From positions 65,040,001-65,104,000 of the forward strand of contig NC_045696.1 in the NCBI RefSeq assembly GCF_009834535.1: a stretch of 64,000 nt of DNA, in the 5' to 3' direction. The translations under genes and the position numbers were made by a program. The notes under the pieces are model-generated. The model saw nothing but the letters and a program-made list of their open reading frames with translations. It was not told the origin of the DNA and made no database searches. Positions 1-10,778 of the stretch are shown here, piece after piece. This DNA is from Camelus ferus (taxonomy: Eukaryota). Within the stretch, counting starts at the first letter, position 1; each line of letters opens with the position of its first letter.

Positions 1-515
1 GCCTTTTGCCTATTTGTGGAATTAGATATTTTGAGTTCAGAGGTAAACTACAGGTTATTCTAGTCCAGTATCATATCTGTACTTGTTCCCTAAAAAGCTT
101 CTGTGATTATCTTAAGTGATAAATTTATCAAATATCCTATATTATCTCTCACTATGCTAAAAATAGCAATAACACATACATGTGATTGAATACCTATTAT
201 TTCTTTTACAAAAATGAATCACAATACTAAGGCAATGTTAGATATAACTGTTTTAAGCGTATAAATGAATAACAAATATTATGCTAACAGTAATTCAGGA
301 TTCATTCCTGTTATAAAGCAAATAGCTTTTATAACTGAAGTCATTCTTTGAGAAAAATGTCCTGCATTTTTTATGCTGAGAGTCTCAGGAAAACTTTAAA
401 CTTTCTCTGGATTAACATGAGATGGCAGGGCTCAATATATAATTCAAGTAACACAATCTTCTCTTCCAAATTCAGGCTTTAGCCCCACACAACCATTTTT
501 TTAATCCTTTTTATT

Positions 516-653
516 TCTTGAATGTATTTTTTATTCTTTTGGGGGGGGAGAGATAATTTGGTTTTTATCTATTTTAATAGAGTACTGGGGATTGAACCCT
601 GGACCTTGTGCATACTAGGCACACATTCTACCACTGAGCTATGCCCTCCCCCC
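516..653 (-). mobile_element. tRNA-derived SINE, camelid Vic-1-like, full length
   Basis: Minus strand reads GGGGAGGGCATAGCTCAGTGGTAGAATGTGTGCCTAGTATGCACAAGGTCCAGGGTTCAATCCCCAG, with A box TAGCTCAGTGG, B box GTTCAATCC and an A-rich tail. Perfect 16-bp TSD tttaatcctttttatt at 500-515 and 654-669. Confidence 0.9.
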
Positions 654-1870
654 TTTAATCCTTTTTATTAATTCTCGTATGGACTTTAGTTTGTATTTCT
701 GGACACATCTTACAGAAAATCAATAGAGCATCCTAATTTCCTCAAAGTCTTGGTTTCTAACCATTGGCTAAAGCTAAATTAACCAATTCTTTTTTTCCTT
801 CCATTTTTCCATCCTTCTTTCTTCCTTTTTTCCTCCCTCTCTCCCTTCCTGTTGCCACTAAACTTATGTAATATTTGTTACTTTTGCTAGGATTCATGAT
901 TTGTCAACATTGTCTTATTTCCTCCTTCCCTTTTCTTCAAGAGGATTAGTTCCATGTCTGGGAGCAAAGTCCAGGATCGATAAAATTGTCTATCTGCTCT
1001 CAGAAATATTAACCTCTTTTGGAGGCTAAGTAGGTAAAATATACAATTGAGAGGAAGATTTTAGGTTCCAGGAGCTCTGGGAAATAAGACCATATCTCTT
1101 TATCCAGAGTCAGGTTATATTTCCTCTTCAGTGCAAAAGTAAGGAGATCAGATGACTTTTTGGTATATTTTACACGCCATTGATTAGAAATTATCTCTGA
1201 GTTTACTGATCAATTCATAAATGCATTTTCAAGGGAGTGGATTTTATATGGCTGAAATATTTACTAAACAACTAACTTGTCAATAGGATTTAGTTCCTTT
1301 TTGTTGCTTTCCTTGACATTAGGAACAAATCAGTTCCCTGAGGGTATAGTGGGAACAATCTCAGACAATAACATGAAAATCTCACTTAATGTGATGCTTT
1401 TTATTAACATTAATCTTTCTTGGGTTCTTTATCTTTCCAATTTCATTGAGATATGTGTCTCATGTGAATTAAGTAGCGGTTTTCAGAATATTTTTCCTGA
1501 TTATCCACTCGCAGTTTTTTACCATGGTTGACACTGATCAAAATAAAGATGATCATTGTATTACTTAAAGACAAGTGATTATTTCTGAAATAGTTGACAG
1601 TAAAAGGCACCTTGACAAAGCTATTGATTCTAGTTAGAGGGAACCAACCTAGGTATGCACATTTTTATTCCCTCTGTCACTCTTGAGCTGGAAATACCAT
1701 AGCCTTTCTTAAGGGCTTGGGTGTTTTATTATCTTGTCGATGAAAATTTCTTCCTTTGCTCCATTTAAAATATCTCTGGTTTATTTTTGAACACAGGGAA
1801 TATTTGATCATAATTCCCAGTATGAAATAATTTCATGATTTTGAAGATAGACTTCCCTTTTTAACTGCTT

Positions 1871-1900
1871 TGTGTGTGTATGTGTGTGTGTGTGTGTGTA
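1871..1900. repeat. (TG)n microsatellite
   Basis: tgtgtgtgtatgtgtgtgtgtgtgtgtgta read directly. Confidence 0.95.
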
Positions 1901-1986
1901 GATTAAACTTGATTTTTTAAAAAACATCACTTCATAAGGACAGACCATTTATTGTTGTTAAGTCCCCTTTATTTTTTTCCATTTAG

Positions 1987-2037
1987 AAGACAACACAAAT
2001 GTGATAGGTTTTTATTTGCAATGGTAAACAAAATCAG
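1987..2037 (+). other. Candidate 51-nt exon (cryptic or non-coding; host unknown)
   Basis: Acceptor cccctttatttttttccatttag| and consensus donor CAG|GTAAGT; motifs only, no expression evidence. Confidence 0.3.
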
Positions 2038-2129
2038 GTAAGTTTATTTAAGAAAAGCCACCAAGAGAAGATGAGTCTAAGACATACTTACTGACTGAAA
2101 TGGTAAATAATTTCTTCTTTTTTTTTAAC

Positions 2130-2290
2130 TCATGAAGGCATTAGTCCAAAGCATTTTGTGATTATCTAATGTGTGTCTACTATTGTGCTAGATATAGAGA
2201 ATATAAAAATGAAGCACGGTGGTCTGTGACTTTACATAATTCCCAGTCTACAGTAAATATAATCAAGAGAAATAATTAAATGTGTTATTG
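2130..2290 (-). mobile_element. L2 3' end fragment
   Basis: attatctaatgtgtgtctactattgtgctagatatagagaatataaaaatgaag resembles the reverse complement of the L2 tail. Confidence 0.55.
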
Positions 2291-2359
2291 TTATCTTGTT
2301 TGCCAGTGTATTACCAATTCTTACATGAATTCGTAGTGCAGACTACTTCCTCCATAATT

Positions 2360-3065
2360 ATATATGTTTTATTTTTGAGATATAATTTACAAACAAAGTA
2401 CTCAAATCTTAAGTGTAAAACTCCTGTGTAACCATCACACAGATATATGGGACAGTCCCATCACCCCAGAAGTTTTCCTAGTGCCCCTTCACAAACTCCC
2501 CATGAAAAATTAACTACCTTTCTGATTTTTATCACATAAATTACTCTTATTTATTCTTGAACTTCATATAAATAGGATATATGTGCTCATTTGTATTTCT
2601 TTTTTTATTTAACTTAATGTTTCTGAGACTCATGTTTTTTGTTTTTGTTTTACTTTTTAATTCGTTTCAAAACTTTTATTTTTTAGAGCAGCTTAGGGAT
2701 CACAACAGAATTGAGAGGAAGGTATGGAGATTTCCCATATGAATCAATGCATTTGTTTATCTCTAGGTAGTTCATGTTTATTGCTATATAATGTTCCTTC
2801 GTATGAATATATCACAGCTTGTTCATCCATTCTTCTGATGATGGACATTTGGGTTATTTCTAGTTTAGGGATATTGTAGATAAAGCTCTTAGACACGTTC
2901 TAGTCATGGTTTCTTGGTGGACATGTATAGTCATTTGTCTTTGGAATTTGCATCGGAATAGAATTCCTGGGTCATTGACTGGTATTTGTTTAGCTTTAGT
3001 AGATAGTGTCAAATATGTCTCCAAAGTTGTTGAATCAATTGATACTCCTATGTTACAGTCAAATG
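2360..3065 (-). mobile_element. Old L1 (L1ME/MC-type) 3' UTR, interrupted at about 2635-2742 by a short L1MC1-like 3' tip
   Basis: ttgagatataatttac...catcaccccagaag...ttcatccattcttctgatgatggacatttgggttatttc; the inner tip tttagagcagcttagggatcacaacagaattgag matches the tip at 37630. Confidence 0.8.
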
Positions 3066-3229
3066 TAGGGATATAATAGTACAATAGATTTAAAAGCAAG
3101 ATGCAGTGTGATTATGGCTGAAAGACACAACTTACTCTCCAGCAGAATCAGGATAGACAGTACCAGATGGTACAATCAAGGACAGTATTTGCACAGAGCA
3201 CTCACTGCTCTAAGAGGGAGGAAAAAGGT

Positions 3230-3366
3230 GGGAAAGTAGATTTCAGGTGCTCTCATCACGCAGAAAACTATGTGAGGGGATATGCTAATTAGTTTGACTG
3301 TAGTTATCATTTCACTGTGTATATTTATGTCGAATCATCATGTTTATACTTTAAATATATACAACT
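3230..3366 (+). mobile_element. L1MA-type 3' end fragment
   Basis: gtagatttcaggtgctctcatcac...actatgtgagggga...catttcactgtgtatatttatgtcgaatcatcatg. Confidence 0.75.
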
Positions 3367-6300
3367 TGTTCAAGAGTGAGTAGCTCTTTCTTGTGCTAAG
3401 AGTGAGAATCTTGTGCTAAATTGTATGAATTGTATGTTCCTGTAATATTTATTTGGCCAGCATGTGTGGTGCGGTGAAGACAAAGGAGTTTCTAGAGAGA
3501 GGGACAAAATATGTCAATTTTATTCCAATAGCTTTACATTATTGACTCATATTCATCTTAAGACCTTTAGTTTCCTTTATCAAAAGCCCACTATCATAAG
3601 CAATGACATGTTTTCACCTAGAAGTAGCATCTTCTGCTTTTGCTCTTTCTGGACACCAGTATCTAGACACCAGTAATTAAGTATGGTCCACTTGATTCCT
3701 GCATCTAAGAGAATTCTTTCTCTCCAACAGTACCTAAGGTTTTTGGCTCTTGAGGATTTTATTTTCTTTGTTTGATTCTAAATAAACAAGTATCCAAGTA
3801 ATATCCTTCTTTTGTGGCCCACCCACTATGAATTTTAAAACACTCAGAATATATTTATTTGTCCCAAAATTTATTGAATTGTTTACAACATGAAGAAACC
3901 ATCCATGTCACATTGTGTTTAAATTCTCTAGAAAAAGAAGGTTGTAGATATAGTCGCCTATTATTTTTGATACTTTTTCTAACGAACAATTTTCTAAATG
4001 TAATTATCATTGAATTAATGTTAACAAAGTATGAAAATTATTGTCATTAATTAGATATACAAGGTATGATCAGAATTTTAAGGCAGAAATTTTTTTGTCA
4101 TTTAATTTATAAAATATTTTAATATTATTTATTTTTCAAAAATCATTTATGCATTGTTTTCTTTGAGAATAGTCTCTGGTGACCGCATATGAAGGTGCTC
4201 TGTTTTTTTGTCCTAACTGTAACTTACATCAAACCCATCAAAATCGTGACTCTTGTTTTTTTCTGTGTGCATATTCAACAAGGTAATGTTTAATGCTATA
4301 ATACAGCCCACAGTCAAAAACATGTTTCTTGGAATTTTTTTTCCTCAGCCAAATGTGGCATATTCAGGGCCACAGAACCAAATTTAAGAGGTTATCAGAA
4401 TGAAAAATAGAAAGGCACATTTTGGCATCCCCTCAAAAGTTGGGTTATGTGTCACATTTAATATAACTCCAGATGTAATATAAATGTTATTTGAATTCTC
4501 AGTGTTTCAGATTATCCACATAAGTGCACACTTTGGGTAGAATGGAGAACTGAGTGTATATATGAATCAATAATAATGTTGTTTTAAAAATATATTTTAA
4601 AGTATCAGAGCAATGACACCCATGTCTAAAACGTTCTCTGTTCTGGCTAGACTCCAGCCGCTCATTGGTCGGGTCCCTTTTGTATTACACAAAGGTGATG
4701 ATGCCATTTGATGGCTTTTGAGGCAAAGTGCTTGAAAAGAGCCCCAAATTGCCTTTGGTCAATGTCATGTACAAATGGATAGGGATGTGAGTTATAATGA
4801 TTGCCTCATTTTTCAGACAGCATTGAGAAGTCATCTTATTTACCTCTCCCGTTTTTGTAGTCATAGTGTCATCAGAAAAAGAGAGAAGCTTGTTCTTTCC
4901 AGTTTGAAGATACTATGAATGGAAACAGTCTCAACTCATCCAAAGAATTAGTGCAAATAATGTCTTTTCAAGCACCACACAAAATAATCTATGTTCCCTA
5001 GCAAGGAAGGCTGGAGTTTTCAAGGAAGTCATTCACGAGAACCAGACTCTATGTGTTGAAAAACAAATTTCCTCTATTCCTAAGGTCTCTGTATTATGTA
5101 TCTAAAGATAGTATTCCAGACTTTACCTACTGTTCATGAAGTGTACAGAAATCCTTTTAGTGCATTGCTGTATTTTAAATATTCTCAAAGGGCTGAGTCA
5201 GGAAATTATACCACAGATTTGACTCACACCAATTATTTGATCAAACTTAATCTTTTTATCCACATATGTTTGTAGAGTACCGGCAGCATACAGTGTTGTA
5301 TATAAATATGATTACAGGCAAGTTTTAAAAACAGAATACTTGATTCACACCAGAGCTTTCTAGGATCGTATTTTATTAGTTCGATTGGCATTTAATGAAC
5401 ATCTGCTTTGCGAAGGCTCTGCCAAGGGCCATGAAGGTTATCTCACCCTCTCTCAAAGAGCTTATGATTATAATTACAAAAATACAGGGTGCTGCATTTC
5501 TTTAGGCTTTACAATAAAAAAATGCCACCACATTCATTGTTTAATAATTAGAACCGTTCCATTTTAGTCGTGGGGGGCTGATTCATCGTGACTTATGCAT
5601 TTGATAACCAAGCCTCATGTTGAGTCCAGAATGGCTGCTAAAACTAAAGTACTGAAAACTCTTGGCTAAACAATGAATAATCACCAGTTGTAATGGTAGA
5701 TAGAAAGTGGCTACAGTAAATATGATTCGTCAACTCGGTAGGAATTGATGATAGACCAATTTAGTTATGTTAGGCAATAATACTGTGCCTTCTAAAGCAT
5801 TACTACCTGAAGATTTTATCATTACTATTAGTCTGGAATGCTATTAAACAAAGTTGAAGGGAAACTATGGATAATTTAAAAAGCTTTAATTGTCTGAAAT
5901 ACTTAGAATAGCTTAAAGCCATGTTCTGGAGAATGTGATAAGTACATTCAGTGTTAACACTTGTGCAACATGAACAGTGACACTTCCTATATTCAGATAA
6001 CTTGAAAATGTCAGGTGAAATCAGTTGCAAGGAGAACATGAAAACTTCCATATTGGGCCACATCTATGTATCTTAAAATAGCTTCAGAAAACAGGTTTGA
6101 GAACTATCAAGATTGTTCTCTATGACAGTGTTTCAAGTTCAGTGTATATCTTAAACATGTCTAGGTTTTTAATGACTGTTTATTCATTCCCCATTTGTGA
6201 TTTTTATATCAGCCTCTTTTGAGTCTGTATATGGTACCTCATGGTTGGGTAAAATTTGTTCCCTGGGAAACTGATGTTGATAATTTGGCTCCGTTGATAA

Positions 6301-7689
6301 GAGACAGTAGTATGCAACAGAAAAGAATTGCTGAGCCATTTATCCCTCCCTGAGAATTATCATGACTGATCATAAAATATAAAAGGAGGGAGTGTTGAAG
6401 GGTCATGTAGTTTAATTTATTAAGCAGTGGCAGTGTATGTGTCCTCATAAAGAACATGTAGGTATTTATCTATCATCTGCTTTACCCATGTGGCAGGAAT
6501 TCTGTTTCAGAGGCTAAACATTTTCCATTTTCAACATCCCTCAGTAATGGTAAGGTCTTATTTAGAACCAAAATTCACTTCACTCCTTTGGTCTTAATTT
6601 CTCCACTAAGCCACATAGAAGTTGTTGACTATCTCTTACGTAAGTCCTTTCCAGATTTAGCATCTTTGATTTTTCATACATTCCTCGTTAAATATGGTAG
6701 AATCAATAAACCTATAATAGAAGCATTAATTAAATTCTCGACCCAGAATTGTCTTGCTCCTGGATCTCTAGGTGTGGATTTCAGAAAGCTGTCAGCAAAA
6801 TATGTGCCACGTGCCACCGTACAGACCCACATTGCTGGTATTCTCTCCTTAAGCTGTTTTGACAGGGAGAAAGTTGGCTGACCTTTAAATAGTATTGTAT
6901 GCATGCCTATGAGGTGAGCAGAGTTGATAGAGCCAAATCTGATTGCATACATGGATAACTGCAAAACATAATAACCTTTAAGCTAATAGACTCTGAATGA
7001 ATGTTTCTGTAGCCAGGTAGAAAGACAAAATTACTTACCAATGTAATACTTTACAGGGAAGAAACAATTATTCAAGGCTGAAGTCTTTTGGGCATGCCAA
7101 ATGCGCAAATCTGCTTGTTGAGTATCTGGGACTAGACTGGAAACGTGCCTACAGGATTGGGCACGCAGCTCTTTTCAATGTCTCAGCACTTTCTCACCTC
7201 ACCAGGCTTTTATCCGCAACATTCTGTTTTGTTTCTTCAAGTTGTTTTAGGTTTTCTTACCCTTTTGAAGATTAGTAAGTTCTGGTAGATATTTTGAAAC
7301 TGGGTTTATGTTCTGAAGGTATTAAATAACATGGAATTTTCTAATGAGATGAGATTTGTTAGAAAATTCTGGACTGGGAATTCTAGAGATTTGGGTATGA
7401 ATTCTCCCAAAGTACCTAATGTTTTGGTTTTGATGGCTACTGACACAATCCCTACACTTTCCTAAGGCAATTTATAGAAAGTTGATGAATAAAATGGATA
7501 TGAAATGGAAATCTCCAATCGTGAAATCAGAGCTTCATTCATTACAGTAATCACTTTCTTTTTTTTTCACTATTATGTTTATTAGGTTGTTTAGTAGTTA
7601 AGTACCTCAAAGCAAGGGCTTGGCTGTCACTCTGACTTTAGGAGGTCTGGCAGAGGTGGAATGTCCTCCAATTTGTGAAGCCCTTTCTA

Positions 7690-7926
7690 CATCTCCAGGA
7701 ATTGTTGTTGACTCTCTCTTCTAGCCCTCCGTTGTACTTACTGTTCATGACTGCTACTCTAACACAGATCAAACTGCATTAAATTCTGCCATTTCCTCGT
7801 CTCCCTGGATGACTACCATACGATTCCTTAAGAGTGGAGACCATGTCTTTGCATCTTTCTGTTTCAGTGCCTTGCATCCTACCTAGCATGTAATTGATAG
7901 CCAATAAATGTTCGCTGAATAAATAA
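7690..7926 (+). mobile_element. L2 3' end
   Basis: ttccttaagagtggagaccatgtc...cagtgcct...caataaatgttcgctgaataaataa. Confidence 0.75.
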
Positions 7927-9534
7927 TTCAAATGTGCTTGATCAAATACGTAATAACTGCCTGCTTAAATATTTGGGGGGTTCACACCTAGCCGTAAGGG
8001 ACATCCCATAGGATCTCAGAATTGGAATCTTCAAAAGGGGAAAATGTTGCTTTGTTTGAGAGATAGAATTCTGTCCATGTACAGAAAATAACCATTGGGT
8101 TCAGAGAAAACTCAGACTTGGGTTGCTCTGGATGAAGAAGGTAGAACTGGATTGATAGCTCTATCTGTTGGGTGTATCTAGCAACATGAATTTTAAATTA
8201 AAAAAATTACGTATCATCTAGGCTTAGATTCTGGATTTTAAAATCAGCATTTGTTTTGGCTTCATTTGATCTTATTGTGCATGTCTTCTTTCATGTTTAT
8301 CAAACTAAACTTTTGTCAATACTTTAAAGTGATTTATTCCCTTTTGAAGAGGTAAGATATTTATTTAACTCAAACATATAAGATATAAAACAGTATTCAG
8401 TGAGAATCTCCATTCCACCTGTCTTCAGCCACTCTTTCCTACCGGCCACTAAGATTCTAATGTTCTTATGTGTGGGGCAGAGAGTTCTGTTTTGTTTTCA
8501 TATATAATCAGGTAGGTCTGTTTACTCCACTTGGTTTCAAAAGACAGACACTCTCCACACTATTGCTGCACTTTGCTCCTTGCACTTGACTGTATTACCT
8601 GGAGATTGTTCCGTATCAGTGCACAGGAAGTTTCTGTACTTTGTGAGTCGTGTGGTATTGCGTTGTCGTCTTTGCCGTTCGTGATTTTATCAGTCCCATG
8701 TCGGTGAAGATTTGCTTCATGTTTTTGCTATTATAAACAATAGTGGCGTCACTAAGTGTACATATTTGCTTAATTAATGTCTTCCTTACTTATGTCCTTA
8801 TGTTCCTAAATATTTAATGCAATGACTGACTTCTTTCAGCAATGTCTCTGCTGGGTCCCGCAGGCTCTGATACAGTTTATTTTCACTATTGGTTTTGAGA
8901 TATTGTGTAATTTGGGTATTAATCTCTTTTTTGACTGAAGGTGTAAGTAAGAATATTTTAAAGTATCAGGTGTTGTTTTCTAATTTCATTGTTAATTTCC
9001 TAGTTCTGTCAATATGTGATCAGAGAATGTTGTCGTTACTCTTTTCCTGTTTTGATGTTATCTGTGTTTTGTGCATAACCATAAACAAGTCAATTTTTAT
9101 GAATATTCAGTGGCCACTAGGAAAGAAGGTCTGTTCTCAGTTTTATTTTGGTCTGCTGTGTTTATTACATGCTTAAATGTATGAATGTTGTTGCTTCTCT
9201 GCTACTTGGTGCCTGTCTAATCGTAGCTCTTTAGTCTTCATAGTTTCATTAAATGTTTATTTTTGTAACTTGTAACGACAGTTCTTTGAATTTTCTAAGA
9301 ACTTTCCTTGTTGCCTTGAATTCACCCTATTATTACAGTGATAACTTTTGTTCTGTTGTTTGCATTCGCTTGGTATATTTTTTCCATTTTTTAATCTCAA
9401 ATTTTCTGAAGCACTTTGTTTTAGGTGCTTTTCTTCTATATAGTACAGAGTGGGTTTTGCTGCTTGCTGCAACTTGAAAATATTTTTCTTTAATTGTGAG
9501 TTTGGCCTATATGCATTTTATTCTTTAAAGAACT

Positions 9535-9625
9535 TTTTTTCATTCCAGTCAAGAGCCAGACACTATTCCAGATGTTGGGGACACAGCAGTGAGCAAAACA
9601 GACCACTCTGCCCTCTCGGTGCTAT
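9535..9625 (-). mobile_element. L2 3' tip nested in the L1 region
   Basis: gccagacactattccagatgttggggacacagcagtgagcaaaacagacc. Confidence 0.7.
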
Positions 9626-9879
9626 TATCAGGGAATATGTATTTAATATTAATTGGATGTTATTTCATGTTATGCTCTTCTGTCTTTAAAGCTTTTTGCC
9701 CTCTTTTTCCTTGCTGTAGGCTATGTGTGTGTGCAGTTATGTGTTGCTTCTGATAATTGGAACACTGATATTCTTGACATAGTATGACTTTTATATTCTA
9801 AATACTTTCAATCCTCTATTTCTTTAAACGATATTTGATTCTCCACTATAATCAATGATGGAATAAGAAGTTTTTCCTC

Positions 9880-10002
9880 ATATATATATAATTGAAGTAT
9901 AGTCAGCTTGCAATGTTGTGTTAATTTCTAATGTACAGCATAATACATACATACATGAACATACGTATATTTGTTTTCATATTCTTTTTCACCATAAGTT
10001 AC
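9880..10002 (-). mobile_element. Young lineage-specific L1 3' tip
   Basis: attgaagtatagtcagcttgcaatgttgtgttaatttctaatgtacagcat, homologous to copies at 18550 and 14586-14920. Confidence 0.85.
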
Positions 10003-10741
10003 CCCTATCCTCTACTCCTTCACCTGATTTCAGTTAATTACATAATCTTTCTTAGTGTTTTACTTTGAGCTATTAAATATTCTTATATCCCATTACTTAT
10101 TTTGAAGAATTAAAAATACCTTTCAGCCCAGGTATTGAGGTGAGAAAACCTCCATACTAGCGCCCTCTCCCGCCCATGGTCAGGGTATGTAGCGTTTACA
10201 GTCTCTGTGGTCACTTTAATCCTTGCATATGTTTAAATCTTGCTGCCGCAAGTAAGTAGGTTGAACTTTCTGTACTTACCTTTTTGTGTAGTCTTCTAAA
10301 AAATATCTCTTTGCTGAATGAAATTCTTTCTCAAGAAGTACTCATGGGAGCAATGTCCCCTGAATTCTTGAATGTTAAAAATTGTTTTCTGTTAGTATTT
10401 GTGCTTGAACAACACTGTGGCTGGATAGGAAATACTTGCGTTATTTTCTTCCCGTGAAGATTTCTGTGGGCATGGTGCCACTGCCTTCTAGGATTGAATG
10501 TCGCTCTACGGATATCTAAGGTCAACGTTATTTTTCCCTTCTTGTAATTGACTTGTTTCTATTTCCTGACAGCCCCAAAGGATCCTTTCTTTATCCTTGA
10601 GGTTAGTTGCTTTAAAGGGATATATCTTAAAAGATAAAACCAATGTCCTTTTTGTGGCCAAAAACATAATGATGCTATCATAAAATGAGAAATTATAAGT
10701 AATATTAAAAAATAGAGATGAAGAGCTCTGAGAAATTGGAG

Positions 10742-10743
<2 letters not shown>

Positions 10744-10778
<35 letters not shown>
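10744..10778. repeat. Poly(T)35 tract
   Basis: Counted directly. Confidence 0.95.

Larger units (their letters stand above)
8340..10625 (-). mobile_element. Fragmented old L1 (L1ME/L1M5: 3' UTR at about 8340-8770, body at about 8870-10625)
   Basis: Typical antisense L1 motifs such as tttttgctattataaacaat, gatcagagaatgttgtc, aatttttatgaatattcagtggccactaggaaagaagg and cactgccttctagg. Confidence 0.7.

Noticed and set aside
583..653. tRNA gene
   Set aside because: The A-rich tail and 16-bp TSD identify it as a SINE head
10157..10176. Second CTCF site (agcgccctctcccgcc)
   Set aside because: Only half of the core matches; the CCASY part is missing and it lies in L1 debris
10744..10778. Poly(T)35 as the tail of a retrocopy
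   Set aside because: No element body or TSD follows it; most likely a mononucleotide expansion
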